Positions 48,543-62,667 of a stretch of 64,000 nucleotides of DNA are shown here, piece by piece. The stretch comes from Dipteris shenzhenensis. Lineage: Eukaryota. The translations under genes and the position numbers were made by a program. The notes under the pieces were generated by a model. That model was not told the DNA's origin. It saw only the letters and a program-made list of their open reading frames with translations, and searched no databases. The stretch is from NCBI GenBank assembly GCA_047967505.1, contig CM106538.1; one strand, written 5' to 3'. Each line of letters starts with the position of its first letter. Position 1 is the stretch's first letter.

Positions 48543-51500
48543 TTGGTATCAGAGCGTAAGGATATCATTTCCTTCCTTGGAAATGACAATATAAGTCAGC
48601 AATTCAATCGCCAGCAAATAAATAACCAGTTCTACCAACCACTAGGAGTTTTGGGATATGCACGAGAGCGCTAAAGCTTTCAGTAGCTCGATAGAGAAGG
48701 CAAAAATTCCCATCCGCAGTAGGGACTCGTTGCCTTGGATGATCACGACGCTTCTAAATGTAGAAAGGGAAATTTTTAGTCGAGACGAGATAAGTAGCAG
48801 GTGCTTCTTTGTCAAGCTATTGTCCTCTCTGCTACAAGGGACCCTTGGCTGTAGATGATTGACGAAGGACCCTACGTATGGCGAAGGGAAACCGGCCAGA
48901 CAGGGGTGCACAGGTAACGTCTCCACGCAAGCACATAATCGATGGAAGGATGATGGTGATCATCCATAGCAAGACACCTCCACGCAGAGCAATACAATCT
49001 TTATGCAAAAACATTTCCTTCAAGATGGCACACGACGTGAAGCTTCTGTCCAAAAGCAAGCGATGCTCGGTGCGTTTTTGTGATGTAGATTCGTCATATG
49101 CTGGTTAGGCACACGCAGAAGGTCCCACGACACGCGACGCTGATGGTCTCTGGTAGGCGCGACGCTGGACGCCGTAAGAAAATCCGTCACCTGTCTTCAG
49201 CCCAAGGATTAACCTTAGGGTGACGTGGCTTTTGTGACGTGGCAGACACGTATACAGAGCAGACGTGGCAGCTGATTTGGCAGATGTGCATGCTTGTGTG
49301 ACACGTGGTAGATGACCTGGCAAGGATGATGTGGCGTAAGCATGTGCAGAAATGACATGGCAGGCAGATGACGTGGCAAAATTGACATGTGGCAGTGCAG
49401 AAGCAGTACACATGGCATCCAGCTCAGAGCTGACGTGGTGCACTGACACGTGGCAGCCAGCCTGGAAGACCTATGGTTGGTATGACACTGGTCAAGTTAA
49501 CTGCAGTTAGCTGACCCTGGTTAGAGATCTGGTCAGAGGACAGCCTAACTAGACTAGACTGGCCCAGTTAACCAGTTTGGTTCAGTTAGTGGCCAAGTTA
49601 CAGACTAACTAGTCTGTCAATCTAAACAGACCAAAAACCAGCTAGTCTGGTTAGTGTAACCAGCCGGTTACCCATCCAGTTACTGTCACACACACACAAA
49701 AAAAAGAAAAAAAGAAAAAAAAAGAAGATAGTTGTAGAGACAGTTCTGGCCATCAATTTTCACCTATCTGTGAGACTTTTACTGTCAGAAAAGCAGCGGA
49801 AACATAGTAAAATAAGAGATTTGCCACAAGTAAAGAAATGCATGCCTTTGTGCTCAGAAAAAGGGAATCAGATGCATTCTCAGTGCTTTTTGCAGTATCC
49901 AGAAAAGGGGCAATACAGTTGTTGATGCTTTGGCAGCATTGTGGGTTTATGCTTTGAGTTAACAGTCAAAGCTTCGTATGGTTGGTTTGCACTTGACTGG
50001 TACAGCCAGTGCATGGTGGATAGCTAAAACAGCCAACTATGTTAGTCCCCAGGAAATGGAAGGACTTCAAGAAAGCTTTCTATAAATAGTTTATTCCCAA
50101 ATAGTTTCGGGGTCATGTCCTTGGTTGGGAGAGCATTCATATGGAAGCACAAGATACAGTGGAGTCTTACAATCAGAAATTTTGGGATGCATACTTGCAA
50201 GTTTCGCCTTTCAAGACTCAACTCAGGAAGTACAGGGCCAGACTCACTCCAAAGATACAGGCCCAAGTGAATACCAAAGATATTAAAGAAATATCAGATC
50301 TCATGCATTCAACCAATGTGGCTAGTCTATATGTACATGCAGGATCCTACTAGTGTGACTTCACTACAGGCAAGGTTACCGGGGGATTAAAAGCCAGCGA
50401 CCCCCAAATTTGAAACAAGAGAGTTTCCCAAGGCTTAGAAGAGGGGATTTCAGCCTCAGAAGCCAAGGGGAAACCAGGTACAAAAGCCCTATAAGAGAAG
50501 ACCACAATTTACCCCTGAACAGATTGAAACTTTCAGGAAAGAGGGTAAATGCTTGAGATGCGGCAAAGAGGGGCATGTGGCTGCCCAGTGCCCAGAAAAG
50601 CCTTCTACTTCGAAGGGAAACGAGGCAGAGAAGCCACGGGGACCGTACAAGCCAATGGCAGGAGGCATTCTTGACATACTGGGTCATGTTTCCCCAGAGA
50701 AACAAGAATTGCTGCTATCATGGGGCAAAGTCAGAGACCAGCAAGAGCTGATTTTATTTGATCCAGGGGCTACTGATAACTTTATATCATAGGATCTAGC
50801 CTTGAGGCTGGGATTAAAGACGGAGGAGTTGGGCAAGGCTCTGGATGCCGATCTGATGTTCTGTGGGAACCCTGTGCCAATCACTCCCTTGATAGGGAAG
50901 CTCCGTCTTCATGTACAGAGTTATGTGGATGAGGAAGACTTCTTCATTTCTCCACTAAAACATCATGATGTAGTCTTGGGTATGCCTTGGTTTCATCACA
51001 AGGCAGTGAAGTTGACCCTTCCTGAAAGAGTGCTGGAGTTTGCACATAGGGGCAAAGTACATCGTGTGGTTGGTAGGAATAGAGGGGAAACTATTCCCAT
51101 TGTATCAAATAGTTCTGTCCGAAAAGAAATAAAGTTTGTTGTTTCAACTTACATGATTTTTGTAAAAGAGAGAGATGTGGAAATGCATGCTGAAATAAGT
51201 GAGGCAGATCAAAATAAATTTCAATTTCTTGAAAATTTCAAAGATTGTTTTTCTGACGCTTTGCCAGGGGAGTTACCCCCTGAGAGACTTGAGGATCATG
51301 GCATAGAACTCATTCTTGGCAGCGAGCCACCCAATAAGCCCCCGTACAGAGTTAGTGCAACTCAGCGAGAGGAGATTATGACTCAGGTGCACGACTTGTT
51401 GTCCAAGGGCCTGATTCAGCCCAATTCTTCTCCTTTTTGTTCCGCTATACTGCTAGTACAGAAGAAAGATGGCTCATTCTGTATGTGCGTCGATTACTGC

Positions 51501-53695
51501 GCACTGAACAAAATGACCATCAAGAATAGATTCTCTATTCTGCGCATTGATGATGTGCTGATCAGTTGAATGGCGCTTCAATTTTCAGCAGGATAGACTT
51601 AAAAAGTGGCTATCACCAAGTGAGGATACAACCTCAAGATGTGCACGACAGCGTTCCGCACTACTTTTGGGTTGTATGAATATCTGGTGATGCCTTTTGG
51701 ATTGACAAATGCCCCAGCTATCTTCAATAGGATGATGGATCGTATCTTCCCACCCTATAGACAGTTCACAGGTACCTTCTTCCATGACATAATTGTCTTT
51801 TCTAAGTCCAAAGAAGAGCACAAGGAACACCTTGCTACAATGTTTCAAGAGCTGAAAAATCATCAGCTCTATGCAAACAGCAAGAAAAGTGAATTCTTTC
51901 TGGAAGAGATCCATTACTTGGGGCATATAATATCCAAAGATGGGATATGGATGGATCTGGCAAAGATCCGTGCCATTCAGGAATGGCCAGAGCTGAAAAC
52001 TGTGCATGAAGTTCGAAGTTTCCTAGGCCTGTGTTCTTATTATTGAAGATTTATCAGGCATTTTGCAGATATAGCCGCTCCACTCCACGATCTTACTAAG
52101 AAAAGTGCAACTTTCAGATGGGGAATTCCTCAAAAGACAGCATTCATCACACTCAAAGAGAGGCTGACCACAGAGCCAATCTTAATAGTTCTAGATTTGT
52201 ATCAGCCATTTGATATGGATTGTGATGCTTGTGGGGAATGTGTTGGGGCTGCATTGCATCAGAATGGTCATGTAGTGGCTTATGAGAGCAGGAGGCTCCG
52301 GGATGTAGAGATATATCTGGGAATCTATGAGAAAGAGTTGCTGGCTGTAATTCATGCCATTCATACATGGAAGCATTATCTTTTGGGTGCAGATTTTACT
52401 GTTAAGACAGATCACCAAAGTCTGAGATACTTTTTGACTCAGACAAATCTTTCCGAGAAGCATATGAAATGGGCAAATATGCTGTCAATGTATCATTTTC
52501 AGATTGTCCATACTCCAGGAGTTTGGAACAGAGTGGTAGATGCTTTGTCCCAAAGACCCCAGGTCAACAATGTGACTATTGATTATCATCGGAAGATATG
52601 AGAGACCAATATGTTAATGATGCAGATTTTGGTGAGATTTTACAGCAAATGCAAGAGGGCCAGCTCACCAGTCAATATTCCCTGAAAGATGGGTATCTAA
52701 TGAAAGATGACTGCCTATGCATCACCCAAGAGATAAGGAAAAGGATTTTGAAAGAGTGCCATGCACCTCCCTATGCTGAGCATAGAGGAATTACAGCAAC
52801 AACTCAAGCCTTAGAGAGGTATTTCTTTTGGCCAGGGATGCAGAAAGATATACATCAGTTTGTTACTGAATGCCTTACGTGTCAAAAAGTGAAGTATGAT
52901 AGACGGAAGGCACCTGGCCTACTTATGCCTCTTCTCGTGCCTCGGGCACAGTGGGAAAGTATTGCAATGGACTTCATTTTTGATTGCCAAGATCAAAGTC
53001 AGGGAATGATGGGATTTGGATTATCATTGATAGATTCAGCAAGCAAGCTCATTTCATTCCGGTTCACAAAACCATAAAGGCAGATCATATGGCTAAGCTT
53101 TTCATGGCACAACTCTTCAAGCACCATGGTATGCCTAAGTCCATTATCAGTGATTGAGATCCCAGAATGACCACTCTATTCTGGAGAGCCTTATTTGATA
53201 ATATGGGGATGAATATGAATTTTTCTTCTTCTTTCCATCCCCCGACAGATGGTCAAAGTGAAGTAGCAAACTCTACAGCATTGGATATGCTGAAATGCTA
53301 CATGGGTGAACAAGGTTCAGACTAGGAAAAGTACCTACCATTGGTGGAGTTCGCTTACAATAATATAGTACACAGCTCTACAAGGAAAGCCCCCTTTGAG
53401 GTCATCTATGGGAAGGTGATTCTGCCACCTATCCTAAGGACCAAAGATGAAATATTTGCAGCTGATCAGTTTGTGAGAGACCTCCAGACAGCTTTCAACC
53501 AAGTCCAAACAGCAATTGAAAGGTCTCAAGAGAAGCATAAAGAGCTGCAGATAAGCATAGGAGACAATTAAATCTCCAAGAAGCGGATTGGGTACTTTTG
53601 AAGTTCGAGAAAGCTAGGCTCCGCAAGTTTAAAAGCAAACAGAAAGTGTATGCAAAGTTATCTTCCAAGTACTATGGCCGTTTCAGGGTTACAAA

Positions 53696-54545
53696 TAACG
53701 GTCAAAGAATTGACTACGGTCAAAGATACTTGACTCTGGTCAAGTAAGCTTGACTTTGGTGGGGGAGACTTGGTTTATTACCAAGAGGGTTAACTACGGT
53801 TAACCAGAGAACCACAAAGCTGACTACAGTCAGAGTGTTCACTTTGGTCAACGAGACTTGACATGCCAAGAGGATTAACTACAGTTAACCAAGTTGTGCC
53901 AACTTTGGTTGGAGAGATGTGCCAGCTTCGATTGGAGAGACTTGGCCATAATTAAGGCGGCACGACCATTGGTCAAAGCTCCTTAATTACGACCAAGAGG
54001 GTTGACTTCGGTTGACCAAGAATTGTGTTCTATGTTTTGTTCACATGTTTGTTCGGTGGGGACGCCTACCTGTGACTAGGATTAGTCCACAGTTTATTAT
54101 ATGCATGCAAAGCGCTAACAATTAATGGGTGCCATGGTCGTGCGCTTTAATTAATTGTTGTAGGTACTATAGGGGCTAAAGACCCAAGTAATCTGGAGCG
54201 TAGCGAGTACTTCGGAGGCCACCTGCGTGACCAAGTGCTACAAAGACCCCAGAAATTGCCCTTAGAGGCATGTAATAGGATTTAGTCTAGATTTTTGACA
54301 AGTGGCATGTTGCCATTTTGAAATGAGCTTGAAGCTCTTGTAAAATGAATTCACGTTTGAATTTGTATCGGACAGCTCTACGTTGAACTATGTATTCCTT
54401 CTTCTCTCAAGTAATAAAATCCTTCAGGGGGGGGGTCCAACCCGACGATTTGTCCTGGGCCCTAGTAGTGTGTAGAGTGAGAGAGTGAAAGAGACAGAGA
54501 GAGAGAGTAAAGAAAGGTAGAAAAGAAAACAGCCGGGAGTTTGCA
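53696..54545 (+). repeat. 3' LTR, 5'-truncated
   Basis: Aligns to the 5' LTR from about 47716 onward; ends GGGAGTTTGCA. Confidence 0.9.
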
Positions 54546-54940
54546 CATTCCCAAACTCATCCTCTAAAAACACAACATAGTGCAGTTTCAATCTCACAAT
54601 AGTCACTCATAAGATTGAAAACCATAAACTCCATCACGCATAGCAAGGACTAGCTACTATGACATCCCCACTGATGTCATCAGCGCCCAACAGTGGGTGT
54701 AGACCATAGTATAAAAATATGCTCTCACACATACAAATCCACACACCCACACATACTTGAGCATCCATTTATACAAAGTCTTCGTACTGAGTTTCTGTCA
54801 GCACTCCAAAGGTGAAGGGAAGACTCAGCCATGACGAAGGCTAGCACTAAAGGAGAAGGCTAATCAAAAAGTAGTCCAAAATCTCTTCATTCAAGCTACA
54901 ACTGCTAGTGATTTCATTTTAGTCTCTCCCAAACAAGCAA
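54546..54940 (-). repeat. Dispersed ~420-bp repeat, copy 3 (inverted; interrupted by the gypsy insertion)
   Basis: Reverse complement of about 18790-19195; a short continuation lies left of 47608. Confidence 0.85.
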
Positions 54941-55399
54941 TCAGTCTCTTTCAACTCCCAACTATGGAGCCCACACTACGCCCTTCTTTCAATTTGGAAA
55001 GCGTCTTGGAAACCACAGGTGGCTGCCACCGCACTCATCCTCTAGCCACATGGTTACCTTGACTAACTTTGGGTGTAGGTAACCCTTAAGTAGCTAAGAT
55101 ATCCCCTCACTAACTTCTAATGCTCACCCCAAGGCCCTAACTTAACATTCATATGCTAAGCTTATAGCCATAGGTCTAATCCATGATTTACTACACCTTG
55201 GCCTAGTCCTAGGGCAATAGTCCTAGGGCAAACCAACAACCTTTTCAAACCCTTTCCCATGTAGCATTCCATTCTTCCACTCGACAAAGGGCAGCTCCTT
55301 TTATGGACCTCTTGAAGGGTTGTACATCTAGGGGAGGTGAAAGTCCAAGAAGCCTTTTTATGGTGAAAAGAAGCGCGGTTCATTTTTGAAGACAAGAAA

Positions 55400-57950
55400 T
55401 TTGCATTGACTCATGCCCCTATGATGGTATGGCCTTATTTTTCAGTCATTCATTGTGCAGGTAGATGCTAGGGGCAAAGACTTGGGGGCTATTCTAAGGC
55501 AGTAGCATGGTCTAATAGCTTTTGAGAGCAGAAAATTTGATGCCAAAGAGCTCACCTACCATATTTATGATCAAGAATCGTTGGCCATCCTACATGCCTT
55601 CAAAAATTGGCATCACTACTATGGGAGAAAAGTACATGCAGATGAAATAGAGTATTTGGAACACATTGTGTCTCCTGAGGGAATTCGGGTTGACCCTAAA
55701 AAGGTCAAGGCCATAATTGAATGGCCAATACCCAAAAATATACATGAGCTGAGATCCTTCTTAGGGATGTGTAGTTATTATCGCAGATTCATTAAGAATT
55801 TTTCACGTCTTGCTTCTCCACTAACAAATTGTTGAAGAAGCATTCCTTGTATGAGTGGGGAGAGGTTCACCAAGTAGCTTTTGAGGAGCTTAAGAGAACA
55901 TTGGTCACTGCACCACTATTAACACTTCCGGACATGGACAAAGAGTTCTTTGTTGTATGTACGGATGCAAGTGGTACCTCGATTGGGGCAGAAAACTTCA
56001 AGGGGCTGAATTGAAATATATCACGTATGAGAAGGAGTTACTGGCAGTCATTCATGCTTTAAAGTTATGGAAGCATTATTTATATGGTTCTGCTTTCAAG
56101 ATTAAGACTGACCATCAAAGTATCAAGCACTTGTTTTCTCAACCCATTGTTTCTTCAAGGCAAATCAAATGGGCTGAATATATTCAATCCTTTGGGCAAC
56201 CAAATATTGAATATCAGCCGGGAAAGGAGAATTTAGTAGCTGATGCTTTGAGTAGACGGCCCCAAGTTAATCACATTTCTGTGATTAAGGAGAAATCATT
56301 AGGGGCAATGGTTGAAGCTTATCCTTTAGATGAGGACTTTGCTGACAATTATGGGAAGATTCAACGTAATGAGGTCGGAGGTTTAGAGGCTTATTCCATC
56401 ATGGATGAATACTTATTTTTGGGACGTGCCATATGTGTACCTAAAACATTTCGGTATCTAGTCATGAGTGAGTTACATGCGAGTCCATATTCTAGACATA
56501 GAGGCATTAGAGGGACCATTGACAATATTGAGAGATACCCCAAGGTTGGTCAGTTTGAGCAGATTTTCACTGTTATAGATAGGCCGAGTAAACAAGCTCA
56601 TTTTATTCCCTGTAAAAAGGAGTTGTCTGCTCCTGAAACAGCAAAGTTATTCATTAGGGCGGAACCAAACTGAATTTTACTACAGCCTTCCATCCTCAAG
56701 GAGATGGACAAAGTGAGAATGCCAATCAAACCATAATGACTTTACTTCGAGCTTATGTCCATGACCAACCTAGAAGGTGGCCAGAGTTCTTGTTACAGTT
56801 TGCTTATAATAACATTGTACAGACTTCCACCAAGAAAGCCCCATTTGAAATCATCTATGGGCAATGTTTACCCACTCCAATAACACACTTGGGGGAGCGA
56901 ATTTTTACTGCTGACCAGTTTGCTGAGGATATGTCACAGGTGATTGAGTAGGTAAAAGAACATATTAAGAAGGCCCAGGTTCAACAATCCAAGGCAGCCA
57001 ATAAAAAAAGAAAAGAAGTTTATTACAAGGAGGATGATTGGGTTTTAATGAAGATTGATAAAAGAAGAATCAAGTCAGTGAGAGGAAGTACAAAACATGT
57101 CAAGTTAGCACCAAAGTTTTATGGTCCATTTTAGATTTCAGCAGCTTTATATCCAAAAGAAGGATCCAGAGCATATGAGCTGAAATTACCAGCCCACTGG
57201 CATATGAAGAATATCTTTCATGTGAGCAATTTGAAGAGATACCATGGCGATACTTCTGCGTTTTTGGATACTAAGCATCAAGAAGAACCTGAACTTGAAG
57301 ATGGGACTGAAGTTCTTACTCCGGAACAGATCGTGTACCATAAAGAGAAGAGTACTCGTGGAAAGAAGAGATATATGTATTTACTGAAGTTTAAAAACCA
57401 GCCAGCTAGTGATGCACAATGGATGGAAGAAGAGTTCTTTACAGATTTTCCACAGATACTCGCAGATTATAAAGAGGCGATGCAATTGCAGAAGTAACAA
57501 GAGAAAGTGCACGTAAGAGGAAGAGATAAGCAATAATCCAGAAGAAGACTTCTGCTCATTCAAGCACGAGGGAGTGTCATGACAAGAGAAATGATTATTT
57601 AGTTAATTAATAGTCATTAGAACCTTATTATTGTTTAGCGCCAATTTGATGGTGCGGTTATATGTTTGTATTTATGATCGATCAAGCGGTGTAAATAGTA
57701 CTGCCAAAACTATGTAACATTGGCCAATGATTAGTAATAAAGATGTGCACACGCATGTCTAGGTCATAGGGGCAATAGGAAAAGGAAAGGGTGCATTAGA
57801 GTGCATTGAATGGTAGGTGCATGGGTCATAGGATAAGGGTAGGTGTAAATGGGAAGATGGAACTTGAGTGATCTCAAGGGACATTAATGAAGGGGTATCA
57901 CCCTTTCATTGTAAATCTCACGTAGCATTCTCTCTTCCACATTGCATTCA
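55400..57950 (+). mobile_element. Gypsy chromovirus fragments (RNase H, integrase, chromodomain) with PPT and start of a 3' LTR
   Basis: LRSFLGMCSYYRRFI, EKELLAVIHALKLWKHYL, HPQGDGQSE, chromodomain PEQIVYHK..YLLKFKNQPASDAQW; GAGGGAG then TGTCATG at 57575. Confidence 0.88.
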
Positions 57951-57959
57951 TCTGCCATC

Positions 57960-60900
57960 TCTCTCCCACCTTGCATGTAGGTCGAAATAGAAACAAGTAC
58001 TCTCACGAGGGCGCTCTTCCCCATTGGAGGGCCAATTGGCATTCAAATTCTGCATGCATTGCACACATTTGCATTCTCGAAAAGTCTGGTTTTTCACAAC
58101 ATTGCATGGTATTGCAGCTCCTAAATTGCAGGTCATTTCAGCAAGGCAGTTGGCCAAAGAGCTCAAGAGGGGCAGCGCCATATATGCATTAAATGTGTCA
58201 GTAACTAAAGAAGGTCGCACTCCCCGTGTTGATGATTGTGATATGCAGAGTTTGCAGATGTGTTTGCTGATTTGCCACCATAGTTGCCTCCGAGAAGCGA
58301 TGTAGATCATGCCATAGTCTTGGAACCTGGCAATAAGCCAACCAATAAGGCCCCATACCGACTCTCTAAGGTAGAACGGGAAGAAGTGGCAACTCAAGTG
58401 AGGGACTTACTTCAGAAGAGTTTCATCACTCATAGCACTTCTCCTTTTGCATCCCCTGTGCACCTGGTGAAAAAGAAGGATGGTTCTTACCGTATGTGCA
58501 TTGACTATAGAGACTTGAATAAGGTCACCATCAAAAATAGGTTTCCAATCCCCAAGATAGATGACCTGTTGGATAAACTCAAGGGTGCTCAGTTTTTCAC
58601 TAAGATTGATTTGAGGTCCGGCTGTCATCAGATTAGAATGAAAGCTGGGGATGAGCACAAGACAGCCTTTCGCACACAGAGAGGACTGTATGAGTTCAAG
58701 GTGATGCCTTTTGGATTGACCAATGCACCAGCTACCTTCCAAGCACTCATGAACAAGATTTTGCAGCCTCTCCTTTTCAAATATGTGCTGGTATTTTTTG
58801 ATGACATCCTCATTTACAGCAAGGATAAGCAGGAGCACATCAAACATGTCAAGCAAGTGCTGGAAATTTTGAGGTTGCATCAGATTTATGCTAAAGCCAG
58901 CAAATGCACTTTTATGGCACAAGAGGTTGAGTATCTTGGTTACATTGTGAGCAAGGATGGCATTCGAGTGGATCCTGCAAAGGTGAAATGCATTTAGGAT
59001 TGGCCGCAGCCACGCAACCCTACTCAGTTGAGGGGATTTCTAGGTCTTGCTTCCTTCTACAAGCGCTTTATTCGCAAGTTTGCCAAGAGGGCAGCCCCTC
59101 TGACAAACCTTTTGAAGGAAGAATGCTTTTATGTGGTCTACAGATGCACAGCGCAGCTTTGAAGATGCACAGCGCAGCTTTGAAGACCTGAAATTCACCC
59201 TCACTCGTGCTCCTATGTTGGTATGCCCTGATTTTTCACGTACTTTCATTGTGGAGGCAGATGCCAGTGGCAAAGGATTAGGGGTTGAGCTAAGACAAGA
59301 ACACGGGGTAATTGCTTTTGAAAGCAGGAAATTGGATTCCAAGGAACTAGATTATCATGTGTATGATCAGGAAATGTTCGCTATCCTCCATGCTTTCGAA
59401 AAATGGCACCACTACCTGTACGGTAGCAAAATCAAGGTTACGGATCATAGGACACTCAGGTATTTCCTTACGCAGCCCAACTTGTCAATGAAGCAGAAGA
59501 GGTGGCTGGCTAAGATTAAGTCTTATAATTTCGACATCAAGTACAAGAAAGGGAAAGAAAACGTGGTTGGGAAAGAAAACGTGGTTGCAGATGCCTTATC
59601 CCGTATGTGGGCTTGCAGTTTGTCTGCCATTTCTACCATCTACCAAGAGTGGATTCATGGTATTCAAGAGGAATACATGCAGGATTCTAAGGCAGCTCCC
59701 ATATTTGTGGAGTTACAGAGGCCATCAAGCCAGGGGCATGCTGAATTTAAGCTGCAAAATGGGCTGTTGTGGTGCACGGACAGAATTTATTTGGTGCCAC
59801 ATTCAAAGTACCGACTGCTGGTCTTACAGGAAATGCACTCATCTCCTATGGCAAGACATGCGGATTTGCCCTGCCAACAAAATAAAGTGGACAACCGGTT
59901 ACCCGTGGGTCTCTTGCAGCCATTACCTATTCCAGAAGGCAAATGCACTCACATTGCTATGGATTTCATCACAGGGTTGCCTTCCACAAAGTAGGGATGG
60001 AATAGCATTTTTGTGGTGGTTGACAGAATGACAAAGCAGGCCCATTTCATACCCACTAAGACCCGTTATTCAGCATCACAGGTTGCTTGGCAGTTCATTG
60101 AGCATGTTTTTAAGCATCATGGTTTCCCTCGGGAGATTGTCAACAACAGAGATGCAAAATTTATGGGTCACTTTTGGTAGGAGTTATTTACAGCAGTGGG
60201 TACTTCTCTTACACATAGCACTGCTTACCACCTTGAGACGGATGGACAGTCAGAAAGGGTGAACAAATGGCTGGAGGAGTATTTGAGGCATTTCTGTCAT
60301 GACACATAGAAGTCTTGGGATAAGTGGTTGGCACTTGCTGAATTTTGTTACAACAGTACCAAGCACATCTCTATTGGCATGAGCCCGTTCGAGGCTATGT
60401 ATGGATGCACAGTGGGTATGCCATCTTTAGTTGCAAACATGGCTGTGAAAAATCAGCAAGCAAGAAATGCCTTGGGGAGAATGGATGCCCTTCTGCAATT
60501 GGCTAAAAAGAATATGCAGGATGCCCAAGCCAAGCAGAAGAAGTATGCGGATGAACGCAGGAGGTATCTGTCTCTTGAAGAAGGGGATTATGTGCACTGA
60601 CGCCTCCATAAGAACCGTTAGGCCTCGCTGAAGGGTAACACCAACACGAAGCTTGCTTACAGGTATTACGGTCCCTACAGGATTATCCGCAAAGTTGGCG
60701 AGGTGGCGTATGAGTTGGAACTACCCAAGACCACCAGGATTCATAATGTTTTCCATGTATCCTTACTGAAGCCACATGTCGGATAGCATGTCCAAGTCCT
60801 TCCTGAGCTACCACCTATGGATGATGAGGGCCACATACTCTATGTTTTGGAGCGCATCATGGGTTTCAGGGATCACGTACTCCGAAACAAAGTCTACACC

Positions 60901-61310
60901 AAGTATCTTATCAAGTGGCAGGGACTCCCTGAGGATGAGAACTCATGGCAGCCAGAGAGCACTGTCCAGGACAACCCCTATCTCCTACCGGGATAATTAT
61001 TATTTGCTGTTTGCTGCACCTATTAACAGCCCGCATATGAAATTTTGAGGGAAAAATTCTATGGGAAGGGATGGCTGTAATGAAGGGGAAAAAGAGGCCA
61101 AGTTAGAAGCCCTTTAGGTGGTAAATGTGGAGGGACTATATAAGTCTCCATCCACCCCCTACTATATAGCTTTTGATGTGACATCTAATCTTGTCTACTC
61201 TCCCTTCCTCCTTCCTGCCTACGCTCACACTCTCTCCTCTCCCTCTCTCTATCTCTCTATCCCCTCATCCTTCTCTCTCTTCCTCTCTCCTTTCCCTTCT
61301 CCTCTCTTCT
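57960..61310 (+). mobile_element. Gypsy chromovirus pol (RT, RNase H, integrase, chromodomain) with PPT and partial 3' LTR
   Basis: [50 protein letters not shown], chromodomain LERIMGFR..YLIKWQGLPEDENSW; GGGAAGGG before TGTAATG at 61076. Confidence 0.93.
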
Positions 61311-61312
61311 CC

Positions 61313-62640
61313 TACCCACGGGTCTCTTGCAGCCATTACCTATTCCAGAAGAAAAATGGACTCACATTGCTATGGATTTCATCACACGGTTGCCTTCCAC
61401 AGAGCCGGGATGCTATAGCATTTTTGTGGTGGTTGACAGAATGACAGAGCAGGCCCATTTCATACCCACTAGAACACGTTATTCAGCATCACACGTTGCT
61501 TGGCACTTCATCGAGCATGTTTTTAAGCATCATGGTTTCCCTTGGGAGATTGTCAGCGACAAAGATGCAAAATTTATGGGTCACTTTTGGCAGTATTTAC
61601 AGCAGTAGGTACTTCTCTTACACCTAGCACTACTTACCACCCTGAAAAGAGGCCAAGTTAGAGGCCCTTTAGGTGGAAAATGTGGAGGGACTATATAAGT
61701 CTCCATCCACCCCCTACTAAGTAGCTTTTGATGTGACATCTAATCTTATCTACTCTCCCTTCCTCCTCCTTGCCTACGCTCACACTCTCTCCTCCCTCAC
61801 TCTATCTCTCTATCCCCTCATCTTTCTCTCTCTTCCTCTCTCCTTTCCCTTCTCCTCTCTTCTCCTCCCTTCCTTCTACTATTCTCTCCCCATCTCCAAA
61901 TCCGCCCTTCCCCCCTTCTCTACACCTAGCACTGCATACCATCCTGAGACTGATGGTCAATCTGAAAGGATAAACAAATGGATAGAGGAATACCAAAGGC
62001 ATTTTTGTCATGATACCAAAGGTCGTGGGATAAGTGGCTTGCACTAACTGAATTTTTGCCACAACATCACTGAGCATCTCTCTATTGGAATGAGCCCATT
62101 TGAGGGAATGCATGGGTGCGAGGTGGGGAACGCTTTCATTGGTTGGAGACGTGGTTGTGAAAAATCGGCAAGCACGAGATGACTTGCAGAGGATGAAGGC
62201 CCTTCTAAAGAATATGCAAGATGCCCAAGCTTTCAAGTAAGGGGGTTATGTGCATTTACGTCTCCACAAAAATTGTTCTGCTTCACTGAAGGGGTAATAC
62301 TAACACAAAGCTTGCTCAACGGTATTATGGCCCTTACAAGATCATCCACAAGATTGGGGAAGTAACATATCAATTGGAGCTACCGCGCATCTCCCAAATC
62401 CACAATGTGTTTCATGTGCCTTTGCAAAAACCACATTTGGGTCAGCATGTACACATTCTTCTAGAGTTGCCACCTATGGATGAGCGCATTGTAGGTCTCA
62501 TAGATAGAGTACTTCACAACAAGGCGGCTAGAAAGCATTGTCCAAGAGCACCCCTATCTTTAGGCTGATCAGCATCAATTTGCTGTCTCAACACCCTTGT
62601 GTGACAGCCACTCATGTATTCACTTTTGATGTGACCTTAT
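61313..62640 (+). mobile_element. Rearranged duplicated integrase and LTR pieces of the preceding gypsy family
   Basis: 61313-61643 repeats about 59900-60235; 61644-61870 repeats the LTR at 61090-61310; 61920-62570 repeats about 60210-60990. Confidence 0.85.
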
Positions 62641-62664
62641 CCCACTCTCCTCTCCTACATTCCT

Positions 62665-62667
<3 letters not shown>

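Larger units (their letters stand above)
47613..54545 (+). mobile_element. Ty3/gypsy LTR retrotransposon, near full length, degenerate
   Basis: TSD CATTC at 47608-47612 and 54546-54550; 5' LTR 47613-48542 (TG..CA); PBS TGGTATCAGAGC; Zn knuckle CLRCGKEGHVAAQC; protease LFDPGA; RT, RNase H and integrase fragments; 3' LTR at about 53696-54545. Confidence 0.96.

Noticed and set aside
48600-49200. Short ORFs in the gypsy leader
   Set aside because: No recognisable domain on either strand.
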